From Camelus ferus (taxonomy: Eukaryota), in contig NC_045697.1 in assembly GCF_009834535.1 (NCBI RefSeq), forward strand, positions 108,254,001 to 108,318,000: 64,000 nucleotides of DNA, read 5' to 3'. Below are positions 12,081-24,619 of this stretch, piece after piece. The translations under genes were made by a program, and so were the position numbers. The first letter of the stretch is position 1; every line of letters begins with the position of its first letter. A model generated the notes under the pieces. The model was not told where the DNA came from. It saw only the letters and a program-made list of their open reading frames with translations, and searched no databases.

Positions 12081-12830
12081 TGTGAGAGCGCAAAGGGCCC
12101 ACCTGCCTGCAGCCCCCGGGGCTCAGGAGGCCTGGACCAGCGCACCGCGCGACCGCAGGCGTCGGAGCCGGAGGACAACGACATTCAGTAGGGGGCACCC
12201 AAGAGCCCAGATGGCGGCCGGCTCCCCTCCCTTAGGGCCCAGCCGGCCGCGAAGGGCTTGGAATTTAATCCTCCGCATTCCATTCAGGGTTCCTGTGACA
12301 TAATAAAAGCCCAAGGAGGGATCTCGAGTGACTTGTCAGCAGAACCCCCGGCGGGATTTTCTATAGATAGCCAGGGCGTGTCTCGAGCTCGTCCCTCTCT
12401 GCGGGAGGAGAAGTTCTTTTCTGCCGCGCTGGGCAGCGCCGCGTGCGGCAGGTGGGCGGCGTTGGGGATCGGCCAGACCCCCGGGCCCGGGGGACTTTGT
12501 CCGGCAGCAGGGGACGGGGCGCGAGGGATCCCAGGCCAGGAGAGGGAATTCCAACTATGGGGTTTTGGAGAAAACTATTTAGTTATTTGCCCTTGCTGAC
12601 CTCACCCCACGTTGGGACTGCGGCTGCAGTGAGATGTCCCAAATACTGAGCCTCCAGCAGCCTTTGATGCTGGCTCTGAAAAGATTCCGTGGCCTGCGCC
12701 AGGCTCGCGCTGGGGAGCGAGGCGTGTTTGGAATGCCGGTGCGCAGGGGCTGTGATTGGAGGCTTGGGGTTTCAGGGTTCCTTCATTTGCATGGCCATGC
12801 GGCTCCGCTCTCACATCCACAACAGCGCCT
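12040..12830. promoter_or_regulatory. CpG island-like region with a CTCF-type motif
   Basis: Densest CpG/GC stretch in the window. TCAGTAGGGGGCAC at 12185-12198 fits the CTCF core. Octamer ATTTGCAT at 12785-12792. Confidence 0.65.
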
Positions 12831-13925
12831 TGGAATTTGAAACTCTGTTTACCTTCCAGATTCCAAACAAGCAGCATTCCCATCAATAACACCACATAAG
12901 GACCGGGATGATGGTATAGAATCCGATCGTTACTAATATATTTTTTTCAACCTGTCGGCTGGTGGAGAGGAATTCTCCGAAGCTATGCATATATTTTACA
13001 TAACATAATAGCTGAGCTGCCAAGGGCTTTAATGATATAATTTCATCATGGGATTTTGGGCTCTTTGGTTTATGCTGTCATCAGAACCCCGAGACAGAAT
13101 TAATTCATGTAACTGGGACGAGCCTAAGTGCTGTGTTTCCATTCCCATTGTAAGTGAACTCAACTATTTTAATTGCCCAAACATTTGGTGGGTAGGGTAT
13201 GAGATGGAGAGAAGCCTGTCTGATGTATTCATTAGCTGCAGAATAATTTCCTTAGAGGCAATATACTGTTGTTGTTAAAAAATATGAACATTCAGGTCAA
13301 ATTGCCTGGGTTTGAATCTTGACTTGGCCTCGAAGCTATGAAAACTTGAGTGAGCTACTGATGATCCCTGAGCCTCTATTTACTCATCTGTGATATGTGG
13401 CTGTCAGAACTGAAAGGGCGGACAAATACAATACCTCTGAAGGCCCTCGGTACAGTACCAAGCACAGTAGCTGTTGATACAGGGATGCTTTATCATTAGC
13501 TCCACAGCGAAAGCAAAACATCCCTGAAACAGTTCCCTGACACCGCGGAGGTCCAGGAATCTTAGCCACTTCCAGCCAGGAGCTTCTCTTTTTAGCCCCT
13601 GAATTCCCCAGATGCTCCACATTCGTGAATTGTATTATTCCCAGCCAGGCAGAGCAGGATGGGAGCCCCCACCCTGTCTGGAATCCCAGAGCACCTCGGA
13701 GATTCTGACCTAGCACAGCTGCCTGTTGCAAATAATTTGGGAAACATGAAACAGAACATATTGCAGTTCCACAGAAAGGTCTGGAGGGTGAACTTGATGT
13801 GTCTGTCAAGGATCTGTTTTCTCCTGCAGAAAGAAGAGAGCAGGGTTCTGCCTGGAAGAATATGGCCCTCCTACCCCACTGGGTGAGGAGCAGGACCTCC
13901 TCAAACGCAGAAGATGGGGTCCATG

Positions 13926-14553
13926 TGAGACAGGAGGGAAGGGGGCAGGGCACAGCCATTCAAGAAATGCTACAGCAATTAACATCAAAATGGTGAAAGA
14001 TTCAACCCCCAGGAGACCCTGAGGCTCTAGATGATGGGAGATTTAACTTCTAGCAGATCTTGAGCTTCATTATATGCTTATTGTAATACATTAACATGGT
14101 GAGTAACATGCCCACAGGCACCATGGCAGTCCCAAGGCTAGCCACAAAAGGTCAAAGAGTGGGAAATGGCCAACTTCCTGGGAATCCCAGCCCCTTCCCC
14201 AGGCTACTTAGACTGGTCCTTCCACTTATTAGCATATGAAGCCACCAAGCCCATAAAAACTGGCAACAAGGCACCTAGCGGCTGCCTCTCTCCATTCAGA
14301 GATGGCCTGCACTCTGTCTTTGGAGTGTGTACCTACTTTTAATCTGAGCACCCAGCCCCCATACCTCGGGGCCTTTCTCTTGCCTTTCAATGTATCTCTC
14401 TGAATAAATCTACCTTTACTCAACAGTGGCTCACTCTTGAATTCTTTCCTGCGTGAAACGAAGGACCCACATTTGGCAGGGCACATTCCAACTGCTCAAC
14501 CTGAAGCCTGGGACACGGCCCTCCTCATGTCCCACATCTGTTTTCCTGCATCA
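13926..14553 (+). mobile_element. ERV1-class solo LTR (MER41-like)
   Basis: TG...CA ends with imperfect terminal inverted repeat (TGAGACAGG / CCTGCATCA), near-TSD CATG/CAGG, TATA-like CATAAAAA at ~14252, AATAAA at ~14403, and U5-like 'ttgaattctttcctgcgtgaa'. Confidence 0.75.
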
Positions 14554-16379
14554 CAGGGAGCTCTCCTTTCCCCTAGAGTCTGTTACAATGATACTTTGTT
14601 CAGGGTGTCGAGAAAGGCTTCTCAGAGTAGAGGTAGACCTTAGTTTTGTAATACAAAAATGATGACTTCAAATCTTGCCTCTGCTAGAGTTGTAGGACCT
14701 TGGGCACAGAACTTAATGTTTCTGAACCTGTTTGTTCTTAAAATCTGCAAGAGGAAGACAATGGAAAGCCCTTCCCTGGGCGGTTGGGTGTATCCAATGG
14801 CTTATTGCATGGAAAGGACCCACTACATCTTTTGGCACTTGGTAGACCCCTTGTGAACCTTGTTTCCTCTTCCTAATGGCCTCGAGGTCCAAAACAGAAA
14901 GACAATGTGCTCTCAGTTCTCTCCTACCCTTTTCCAAGAGTGAAGAGGGAAGAAGAACATAGAGCAGAGGGAGAATGCCACTTTAGAGAGAAAGGCACAG
15001 TGATGTGATGTCACTGGCCGGGTCCTCAGGTGGTGGTGACGCAAGGAGGCTGAAATGCATGTCTTGCAGCCCTTACATGGCCACGGCAGGACCCTTGTCT
15101 TCACAAGCAGCCCAGTTATGGATACTTCCTGCCTTCTCTGAGGACACCAACCCAAATGCCCTGAGAAAAGGGATTTTAAGGATCTGGATGTTGCTGTTAA
15201 CTGTCAACGTGAAAGGATGTTTTATCTCAATTTTTAAAAAATTTTTGCTTGAAATCTGGTCACCCTTCCCTAGCTGTGATCTCTAGAACTGGGAGTCCCA
15301 GTTCATCTTGGAGTAGAGTTTAGAGTCTGTAAATACTCCCACTCACTTTCCTTGCCAAGCAATGGCAGCAAATAATCGTTAAGTTGGGGGAGAGGGTATG
15401 ACACGGCCCACAGGCTGGTGGAGGGCCCCCTGTACGATGCATGTTGAGATGTTCTTCATAACTAGAATGAACGCTACTTCCAAATAACCAAGAATTTGTG
15501 TTGGATCAATGCAATTTCAGGCCTTTTCTACTCATTCTCTGCGACTTTTTCTTAGGTACCCCTGCCTTCTCTGAAAATATTTTGTTCTCACCTGTGTGAG
15601 TGAACTGGTCACAGTCATTCTTGGGAACTGTGAATGCAGTTGAATTTATTTGCAGGTCAACTCTGCACCTGCCAAGTCCCTGGAACAGATATTTGGAAAG
15701 AAAGAACCATAGCTACGTATATATATGGCCTTGCTTGTTTTCACCTCCAAAGCAGGTACATGCCTGTTAAGTCTCATGTATTTCCCCCATGGCTCCTAGA
15801 ATAGTTCTCTCTAGGAGTTGGCATTCCATAAATAATACAGCCTAATTTCAGGTTCCAGAAGAAACTTAGAGGCAAATGGAGTGGGTAGGGGGCTGCAGAA
15901 AATAGACTCCCCTCTTTTTAGTGACCCATTGTTTGCGACTGACACCATTACGCACCACAGAAGGCCAAGTATATAGTTTACACTAAATCATTCTAAGAAA
16001 GCATCAATGTAAACAGGTTCAGAAACATTAAGTTCTGTGCCCATATAGCCACTGGACATTCTTTTAGATTGTAATCACCAAAGAGACTGAGCCTTTGCTT
16101 GGTCCACTTTGTCTCATGCCCAGCACCATGTTACAATTAAATGTATAATTTTATTAAAAAATTAATGCTATTAGAAATTGACAAGAATCCTGGGAGGTTC
16201 ACTGGGCTGAGATTGCCTCCTTATTTGCAGTGAACCAACCTGCCTCTTTGATAAGTCTCCTGGCTCTCCTGGGCCTCAGTTATACTTGTAAAATGGCCAG
16301 ATCATTGCTTCCCAAACTTTTGAACCATCAAAAAAAAAAAAAAAAAAATTCTTGGACACTTTCCCTCAGCCCCACCACC

Positions 16380-16630
16380 TCATTCATTTGCTTAACAAAT
16401 ATTTACTGAGCACTTAGGATGTGCCAAGCAGTCTACTAGGAGATGGAAATACAATTGGTGAGGAAAACAAATGCATTTCTTGCCCTCATGAAGCTTATAG
16501 TCTGGAGAAACAGACACAAAATAAATGGCCATGGAAATAGAAATACAATTAAAAATTAAGTGCTCTAAAGGAAAATATAGAGATTATGAGTCTAATATGA
16601 AAACCTAATTACAGCTGAGGGGATCATAGA
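16380..16630 (-). mobile_element. L2 3' end
   Basis: 'cattcatttgcttaacaaatatttactgagcac...tgccctcatgaagcttatagtct'. Confidence 0.8.
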
Positions 16631-17027
16631 AAACTGTGGTTGTATTTTTAGATGTCCTTTGAGAAACCACATAATGATATAAAGTTACTGTTGATGGAAT
16701 AATGCTTTAAAATTATTTGTATTTTATGAAGCATAGTAGCGTGTATATACAAAGAGGGAAAGGTAGATTTCTAAATTTCTGAAACAGCTGGAATCTATGA
16801 CTACTTTGTATATGAATGTGCACATGGACACCAGGCATTCTGCAAATTCTGCAGCCTCCCAGGGGACTGAGGACCACATAACCAGAATCTCCCTCATCTC
16901 CCACTGCTCCTAATGGCAATTTGCAGGGCTCCTCAGGGACGATCTTAAAGAAAAAGTGTTGGCTTCTGCTTGGGCTTCCTATGAACACTCAGTGAAGGCT
17001 GGGTCAGCTGCCTCCTCCCCAGAGGAC

Positions 17028-17586
17028 TTCCTGTTTGGACTGTGACTTATTTGCACATTTTGTTTTGTTTTCCCTCCAGTTTCTGATGGTCTTTTTTCTT
17101 TCCGTTAGAAGAAACATGTACCTTCTATATCGTATTCAGCTTTTACTCATTCTACTCATTCCATGGGAACCACTCCATTCTTCTTGAAAATCTTTTTTCT
17201 CAGAGTCCATTGATGTCTATTAATGCAGACTAATTGTTTGCTAGGTCAGCTAACAAATGGCATCCAGGAATTTCCCAAGTGAATTGTGTTATTTCTTTTT
17301 AAAAATTTTTAACTTTTTTGGGGGGGATAATTAGGTTTCTATTTACTTATTAGCGGAGGCACTGGGAATTGAACCCTGGAATTTGTGCATGCTAAGCTTG
17401 CACTCTACCACTGAGCTATACCCTCCCTGCCCTTGTATTATTTCTTATATTAAAAACTCTCCCTTTTCTGGGATTTTTGCCTTAGTTTTGCTGAAGTTGA
17501 CACATTCAAGTCATTTCCTCAGAACGGGTCTACAGAAGTAAGCTTCGTTTATTCTGTAATATCTGAAACTGACTTTATCAGCTGAT
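17028..17586. repeat. Local duplication copy 1 (paralogue of 19866-20256), interrupted by a SINE
   Basis: Colinear shared blocks, e.g. 'ttcctgtttggac', 'cactccattcttcttga', 'atattaaaaactctcccttttctggga' and 'tttattctgtaatatctgaaactg'. Confidence 0.9.
17298..17428 (-). mobile_element. Vic-1-type SINE (long form)
   Basis: Reverse complement 'gcatgctaagcttgcactctaccactgagctataccctccc'. TSD TTGTGTTATTTCTT / TTGTATTATTTCTT. Confidence 0.9.
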
Positions 17587-19651
17587 GACTGCAGACGGGT
17601 CTCCTGACTAGAAGTGCAGACCAGTTCCTCACCACCTGGCAAAGTTTATTTACCTCCAGGCAGATCTGAGCTACATCATAGCCAGCGTTCAAAACCTTCA
17701 ACAAGCCCTTTCCACAATCATTCCTTGGCTCACCAAGTGGAGGCAGCAAGGGCTCTTCCACAGGCCCATCAAACGCCAACCCTGTCTATCTGTAGTTTAT
17801 TTCTCAGGGCTCAATCAGGTGATTGTGCATTACATCCCCAAAGCAAGCATAAGTTTCTTCCATCACAGCCTCCTAGCTATGTCATGGCTCTACATATCTG
17901 ATTTATGTTTCCAGATTACAGTCTTTAAAGCTTTGGGTCAAAGTCCTTATTGGAAGTAGATTTCAATACTCAAATCCTCTTTGCTTAACACAGAAGCAAC
18001 AAATTCAGATAACAAGCTGGGTTGAGGATGGGAACCACCCCCTTGAATAGGCAAACCAGCTAAGGATGGATGAGGAATTCAAATTCTGCTTGCGACTGCC
18101 TGTCTTCTCCAGGTGGAGGGACACAGGAGGCCCAGGACTGAGACTGGAGCAGCTCCATCCCTCACCTGGAGTAGATGTGCAGAAAAGGAGGGTCCTTGCA
18201 GTGTTGGTGATACCTCCCCTAGATCCGAATCCCTGGGTGACAGAGATGTCACATTGCCCCAGTGGTGGCCAGCCCAGTGGTTACTCAGTCACTATTTGTT
18301 GAAAGAGTGAAGAGTCTGGAAAGATGTTGGTTGAGGTCATGGAGCCAAGCAAGTGGACAGAAACAAGCCTCAAATGTACCAGGAGAGAGTCTGAAGGCAA
18401 AGGAGGGTGCACCAGAGAAGTCAGGCAGGGGACAGAGCAGAGGATTTGGGACAACACTGCTCCACTGAACCAGTCCAGGGCCAGAGAATGAAATGTACTT
18501 TCAGGAAAACACAGCGCAAGCACTGAGTTGCCACACACCCAGCTGAACGCTCCCGCTGCAAAAGGACTGTTCCCCTTGCAGAAGGTCTGACCTCACCATC
18601 CCTTTCAGTAGGAAGCAACTCAAGTTCCAAATATGTAACAATTATCTGACGTGGGCCATTTGTTTTTACTTCAATTCCATCAATGTCTAAAATAAGATTA
18701 AAGGTGACAAAATGCACATAGATATCTGGTGTGTACCAGCAAATGGAAACAGTGATCTACAAAGCACATCCTCACTCTGACCTGTTCTGTCCTCACCATG
18801 GCCCATGAGTCAGGCTCTGCATTTGGTGTTGGAAGAACTGAGTTCAACCCCCTACAACGGCCAGTGTGAGTTGGGATAAATCACTTAACCTCTCTGAGCT
18901 TTGCTGTTTTCTCTCACTTTAATGTGACAATTTCATTTATTTTTGTAATCAATTTTTGTGACATGGCAGTGAAACAGGTTTCCAGGACTTAAATTCAGAT
19001 TTTATCAGAGTGATTCCTGTGCATGATTGAAATAGCAAATTTTTGCAAAGTCAAGAAACAGTGCCACCTCTCCCCACCCTCATCCCACTCCCCACAGAGG
19101 ACAGCCTTGAACCAGGTTCTGTTTTTAGTTCTGCTTGTGGTTTCTCCTTCCATCTCCAAATGGTATGTTTACACTGCTCTGTCTTGATTAGCAACCTTAG
19201 CAAACATTATCTCTCCACTTCCTTCTAGAGTAGAAAAAGTTTTAAATCATGTCCCTACTCCCTCCCACATTTTGAAAGTTTTAGCTATTTTAGTCGCTCT
19301 GTTACTATTGTAACTGTAGACAAATCCTCAATTCTTGTCCCAGCACCAGTCAATAATACCTCTGACCACTCATTCAGGAAGATGAAGATAAAAGCAAAAA
19401 GTCTCTTTGGTCCACTTCTCCACCCACTTCTACCTCCCAAATTCTATCTATCCTGTAACCACAATTTAGTTTCCCCTGCCTTGTTTATAGGTTGAGTCTA
19501 AAAATTGAAAACCAGAAAACAGTGCTTACATGATGATTACGTAAATATTGTTACCAAGCCAGTCTGCCGTGATTATGTTTTTCTCTGTGGTTCCAAGGTC
19601 ATGACCCCCTGTGCCACTCAAAGCAAAACGTTTCAAGCATCAAGAACAAAT

Positions 19652-19802
19652 AGTAGAGCACAGGGAACTACATTCAATACCTTGTCACAGCCTATGATGA
19701 AAAAGAATATGAAAAGGAATATATATGTATCACTGATTCATTGTGTTATACACCAGAAATTAACACGTTGTAACCCGACTATACCTCAATTAAAAATAAA
19801 AG
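19652..19802 (+). mobile_element. Short lineage L1 3' end
   Basis: 'agcacagggaactacattcaataccttg...caccagaaattaacac...gactatacctcaattaaaaa'. Flanked by AAGAACAAATA / AAGAAAAAATA as possible TSD. Confidence 0.8.
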
Positions 19803-19865
19803 AAAAAATATTCTTCTTTCTCATACTCATCCAATTGTTCAAAATAAAGCCACATTTTAGTTTAG

Positions 19866-20256
19866 TTCCTGTTTGGACAGTGACTTATTTGTATGTTTTG
19901 TTTTTCCTTGAGTTTCTGAAGGTCTTTTATCTTGCTGGTAGAAGAAATATATACCTTCTTTTTCATATTCAGCTTTTAACTCTTTCTACTCATTTCATGG
20001 GGCCCACTCCATTCTTCTTGAGAATGTGTTTTCTTAGAGTCCATTGATGTTCTGTATTAAGGTGGACAAATTGCTTGCTAGGTCGGCTGATAAAATCCAG
20101 GACTTTTCTGGGTGAATTTTATTATTTCTTATATTAAAAACTCTCCCTTTTCTGGGAGTTTGCCTTAGTTTTGCTTCAAGTCACTTCCTCAGAAAGGATC
20201 TATAGAAGTAAACTTCATTTATTCTGTAATATCTGAAACTGCCTTTATTAGGTGAT
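19866..20256. repeat. Local duplication copy 2 (no SINE; embedded in the larger ancient element)
   Basis: Aligns by eye with 17028-17586 once the SINE is removed. Confidence 0.9.
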
Positions 20257-20868
20257 ATTTAAATGTTTGTTTGGCTTAATATGGAATTCTAGTTTTAAAG
20301 TAATTTGTTCTCAGAACTTTTAAAAACTTTACTGCATTTTGGCATCTGTAGTTTTGCATTTGAAATCTATGCCAAGTTAGAGTCTCTTTCTTTTTCGAGG
20401 ACTTTTTTTTTTCTCTTTGGAAACTCTTAGACATTTCTGATCCCCAGTGTTCTGAAATCTTGCAATGAGTGTGTCTAAGCCAAAGAATTGTTTCTTTTTT
20501 CTTGCTGGGATTTGGTAGCCTTTTTGTTTTGAAAATTCTGAGCCTTTTCTTCTACTATTTCCTTGGTTATTTTCCCTTTGTGTTTTCATTGTTCTCTGAT
20601 TTGAACTCCTAATAGGCAGCTGCAGAACTCTGTAACTGATCTTCTGTGTCTTTTTTCTTCATATGTTTCATCTTATTCTCTTTTTCCTCTGTGTTCTAGG
20701 AGATTTTCTCAACTTTATATTCTATCATTTCCATTAAACATTTAATTTGGCAATCGTATTTTCTAATTTCTGAGAATTCTTTCCTGTTTGAATTGTTCCC
20801 TTTTTCTTAGCATTTGGTTCTCCTGTATCTGTGCAATACCTCTCCAAAGCTTCCTGGAGTAGGGTGAA

Positions 20869-21114
20869 TGTCTTAGTCACTGCTGCTATAACAAAAATGC
20901 CATAGACTGGGGGTTTAAACAACAAGCGTATTTCTGACAGTTCTGGCAGGCTGGGGTGTCCAAGATCAAGTTGCCGGTAGATTCAGCATCGGGCGAGAGC
21001 TCCACCCTCATGAACTAATCACCTTCCAGAGGTCCCACCTCCTAGGACCATCACATGGGGGGTTAGGGTTTCTACATACAAGTTTTGAGGAGACACAAAC
21101 ATTCAGCCGATAAC
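20869..21114 (-). mobile_element. MLT1A-like MaLR LTR (internally deleted)
   Basis: 'tgtcttagtc...ctgctataacaaaaatgccatagactggg...ccatcacatgggggttagggttt...acacaaacattcag'. Confidence 0.8.
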
Positions 21115-21115
21115 G

Positions 21116-21213
21116 ATTGTATATCTTGGTTTGTGGCAGATGGTCATGATTTATACCTGTTGTCCTGGCATAATTATCAACAGCTCCCCATATCACTTTC
21201 AGAACGGTCTCAG
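21116..21213. mobile_element. MER94-like hAT-Blackjack MITE fragment
   Basis: 'tttatacctgttgtcctggcataattatcaacagctcccc...cacttt' matches the recalled MER94 consensus. Truncated by the adjacent L1. Confidence 0.5.
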
Positions 21214-21214
21214 G

Positions 21215-21935
21215 TTATCCACAGCGGCTGCACCAATTTGCATTCCCACCAACAGTGTAGGAGGGTTCCTTTTCTCTACACCCTCTCCAACATTTATTAT
21301 TTGCACACTTTTTGATGATGGCCATTCTGACTGGTGTGAGGTGAAACTTCATTGTAGTTTTGCTTTGTATTTCTCTAATAATTAGCAATATTGAGCATCT
21401 TTTCATGTGTCTGTTGGCCATCTGGATGTCTTCTTTGGAGAAATGTCCATTTAGGTCTCCTGCCCATTTTTTTCACTGGGTTGTTTGTTTTTTTGATATT
21501 GAGTTGTATGAGCTGTTTGTGTACTTTAGAAATTAAGCCCTTGTTGGTTGCAAATACTTTCTGCCATTCCATAGATTGTCTTTTTGTTTTGTTTATGGTT
21601 TCCCTCACTGTGCAAAAGCTTTTAAGTTTAATTAGGTCCCATTAATTTATTTTTGCTTTTGTTTCCATTACTCTAGGAGAAGGATCCAAAAAATATTGCT
21701 GCAATTTGTGTCAAAGAGTGCCTTGCCTATGTTTTCCTCTAGGAGTTTTATAGTATTCAGCATTACATTTAGGTCTTTAATCCTTTTTGAGTTTATGTTT
21801 ATGTTTATAAATAGTGTTAGACAATGTTCTAATTTCATTCTTTAACATGTAGCTGCCCAGTTTTCCCAGCACCACTTATTGAAAAGGCTGTCTTTTCTCC
21901 ATTGTATATTCTTGTCTCCTTTGTTGTAGATTAAT
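21215..21935 (-). mobile_element. L1 ORF2 3' fragment, inverted 5' half of a twin-primed L1
   Basis: Broken ORF2 C-terminal peptides in the ORF track ([10 protein letters not shown]..., ...[33 protein letters not shown]). Confidence 0.93.
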
Positions 21936-22613
21936 ATGGAGGTTCCTTTAAAAACTAAAAATAAAATTACCATACAATCCAGCAATCCCACTCCTGGGCA
22001 TATATCCAGAAAAGACAAAAATCCTAATTCAAAAAGATACATACACCCCAATGTTCACAGCAGCACTATTTACAATAGCCAAGACATGAAAACAGCCTAA
22101 ATGTCCACCAACAGATGAATGGATAAAGAAGATGTGGTGTACATATATATGTGTATACTCATGAAATACTACTCAGCCATAAAAAAGAATGAAATAATGC
22201 CATTTGCAGCAACATAGATGGACCTAGAGATTATCATACTAAGTCAGAGAAAGACAAATATCATATGATATTACTTATACGTAGAATCTTTAAAATATGA
22301 TACAAAAGAACTTACTTACAAAACAGAAATAGACTCACAGACATAGAAAACAAACTTATCATTACCAAAGAAGAAAGAGGTAGGGAGGGATAAATTTGGA
22401 ATTTGGGATTAACAGATATACTCTACTATATATATAACAGATAAATAACACGGATCTATTGTATAGCACAGAGAACTATATTCAATAGCTTGTAATAGCC
22501 TATCATGGAAAAGAATCTGAAAAAAAAAATATATATATATATATATAACTGAATCACTTTGCTGACCATGTGAAACATTGTGTATCAACCATATTCAATA
22601 AAAAATTTAAAAA
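21936..22613 (+). mobile_element. L1 ORF2 end plus 3'UTR and A-tail (sense half of the same insertion)
   Basis: 'atggaggttcctttaaaaactaaaa...ccagcaatcccactcctgggcatatatcc...atggacctagagattatcatactaagt...ttcaataaaaaa'. Confidence 0.93.
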
Positions 22614-23612
22614 CTTTAAAAGTGAAATGAGAAGAAGAATGTAGAACTATAGGGTACAATAGCAACTAGGGTATTTGTAATTCAATTAAACATTCAAGAG
22701 CTACCATATATTTAATTCTTACTCTGTGGCAGGTACAAGGGAAGAATTTTATTTATATTTCTTAAAACTTATGCAAGTATTTTTCATTTAAGGCAAGTTT
22801 CTATGTCTGTGTTGAATATATTCAAATTTATTTACTTTAATACTTAAGAAACCACTTTAATAAAGATATTTTTTAACTTAAAAACAATTGCCCAGATTGG
22901 ATAAATCACACAGTCTCTTTATTGTGAAGAAAGATACTAAGAATTATTTGTAAAGTTCTCTTCTGCTCTTGAATGATTTCTGTTTCTTCAGGGTGACATT
23001 TTCAGGTTGTTATTTGTAACCCTGATTGTCCATTGATATTTAAGAATGAGGAGTTAGTCATTAGGAGCTGTGAGTGCACAGAGTTTGTTGAACGGTGGAC
23101 TTCGCTCCAATGCAAATAGATCGGGAACTGACTGTTGTTCTGGAGACTTCTGAAAAAAAGAATTAGAAGGATTATATCCTGGGGTACCAATAACCATAAC
23201 AGCTGTCCAAATTCTTCTTAGACCATTTGTTTAATTTCTTTAGGGATTGATATTAATTTTTTTTTTTTTTTGGTGGTGGTGATCATTTCCTGGCTGTCAT
23301 GCATTCTGGGTATGGGGCACGGGAGTAGGAGGTGGGAGTGGGCTGCAATCGTTTTATATACAGACTTTTAATCAGTCCCTCTCTTTCAGTTCTAGTTCTC
23401 AGTCCTCCCTTCTGTCTTACCTGCCAACTCAGGCTCACAACCTGCCCAGGTTCTGCTGGGTAGACTGACTTCATCCTTTACTGCAAGCACCATCAAAGTT
23501 TCTCACATGCACTTTTTGGCTGCCAGAAATTTGCTAAAACTACTCATCCACTGACAGTGTCCCCTTTCCATGCTCTTTGCTATTATGAGTTTATGCTTTT
23601 TTTCCTTTACTA

Positions 23613-23614
<2 letters not shown>

Positions 23615-23645
<31 letters not shown>
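23615..23645. repeat. (TG)n microsatellite
   Basis: Direct reading. Confidence 0.95.
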
Positions 23646-23646
<1 letters not shown>

Positions 23647-24029
23647 AGGAGGGAGGAGATGTGCTCAGTCCGTCATCTTGAGAGTTGCACCTTCTTTTTT
23701 AAAAATCCTTTATAATGAGGATAATGATGCCTTTCCTACTGATTTTTCTGGCAGATTTCAGGTTAAACCTCAATATCCATTCTCCTTCATTTGTAACAGA
23801 GCCCCCATTTTTATCCAGCACATGGCAACCAGGGACAATTCTAACCTCCCTCGCAAATCCATGTGGGATCCAACTCTCCTCCAAATTTGACAAGTCAGTC
23901 TTGAACGGCTTCGCAATGTCTCTTTCCTTGTTGTGCTGTTGATCTGCCACCCTTTATATTGCTTATGATACCTCATTTATCCTGATACTTTTTGTAAGCT
24001 TGTGACTGTCTCATTGTTTTAAAAATGTA

Positions 24030-24250
24030 TTTATTCAGATATTTTATGATATATGCCAGGTACAATTCTAAGGACTCTACAATATGATCTGACCTAATTC
24101 TCATGACTCTATGATATATTTGGCAATATGTAACAGAAGCATTGTTTCTCTTGCTGAGGCACAGAGATGCTAAGTAACTTACCCAAGGTCACACAGCTAG
24201 TAAGTGGCAGGGCTAGGATTTGAACCAAAGAAGTTACTCCTTAATCTCTA
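24030..24250 (-). mobile_element. MIR SINE
   Basis: 'gctgaggcacagagatgctaagtaacttacccaaggtcacacagctagtaagtggcagggctaggatttgaacc'. Confidence 0.85.
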
Positions 24251-24619
24251 ATAAAATGCCTGCTGCAAAATGTTTGGATATATGATCTCACTTTTACTGA
24301 TCTTTTTACTTGGCTACTTCAGACCAGATAGTGACTTCAAGTCATTAGGCTGAACTACTCTCCCAGGTATAAGCTACAAAGAACCAGAAGAGATGATGGT
24401 AACTAAGCTCCCATTGCTGTTTATTTATGGGTTTAACAGAGGAGAACCCCCTGCAAAATGCATGCTGTGTAAATTCCAACTATACTAACTCTAGTGCCTG
24501 GGTTGCAGGATTCATAACACGGCAATTTTCTGTTGTCCTCCTAACCCTTAAGCCCCATCCCATGCCCCACATTTGTTTCAAGTCTACTGAATGGAGTCAT
24601 TGACGGGGAGCTCCCTCTG

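Larger units (their letters stand above)
18930..20865 (-). mobile_element. Ancient L1-related (HAL1/L1ME-like) element, antisense
   Basis: Long T-rich stretch resembling antisense ORF1-region sequence ('ggaattctagttttaaagtaatttgttctcagaacttt', 'gtgttctgaaatcttgcaatgagtgtgtct'). Probably resumes at ~22950-23700. Family uncertain. Confidence 0.5.

Noticed and set aside
21215..22051. ORFs with clear L1 ORF2 peptide similarity (also 55733-56324)
   Set aside because: They are frameshifted, truncated retrotransposon remnants, not functional CDS.
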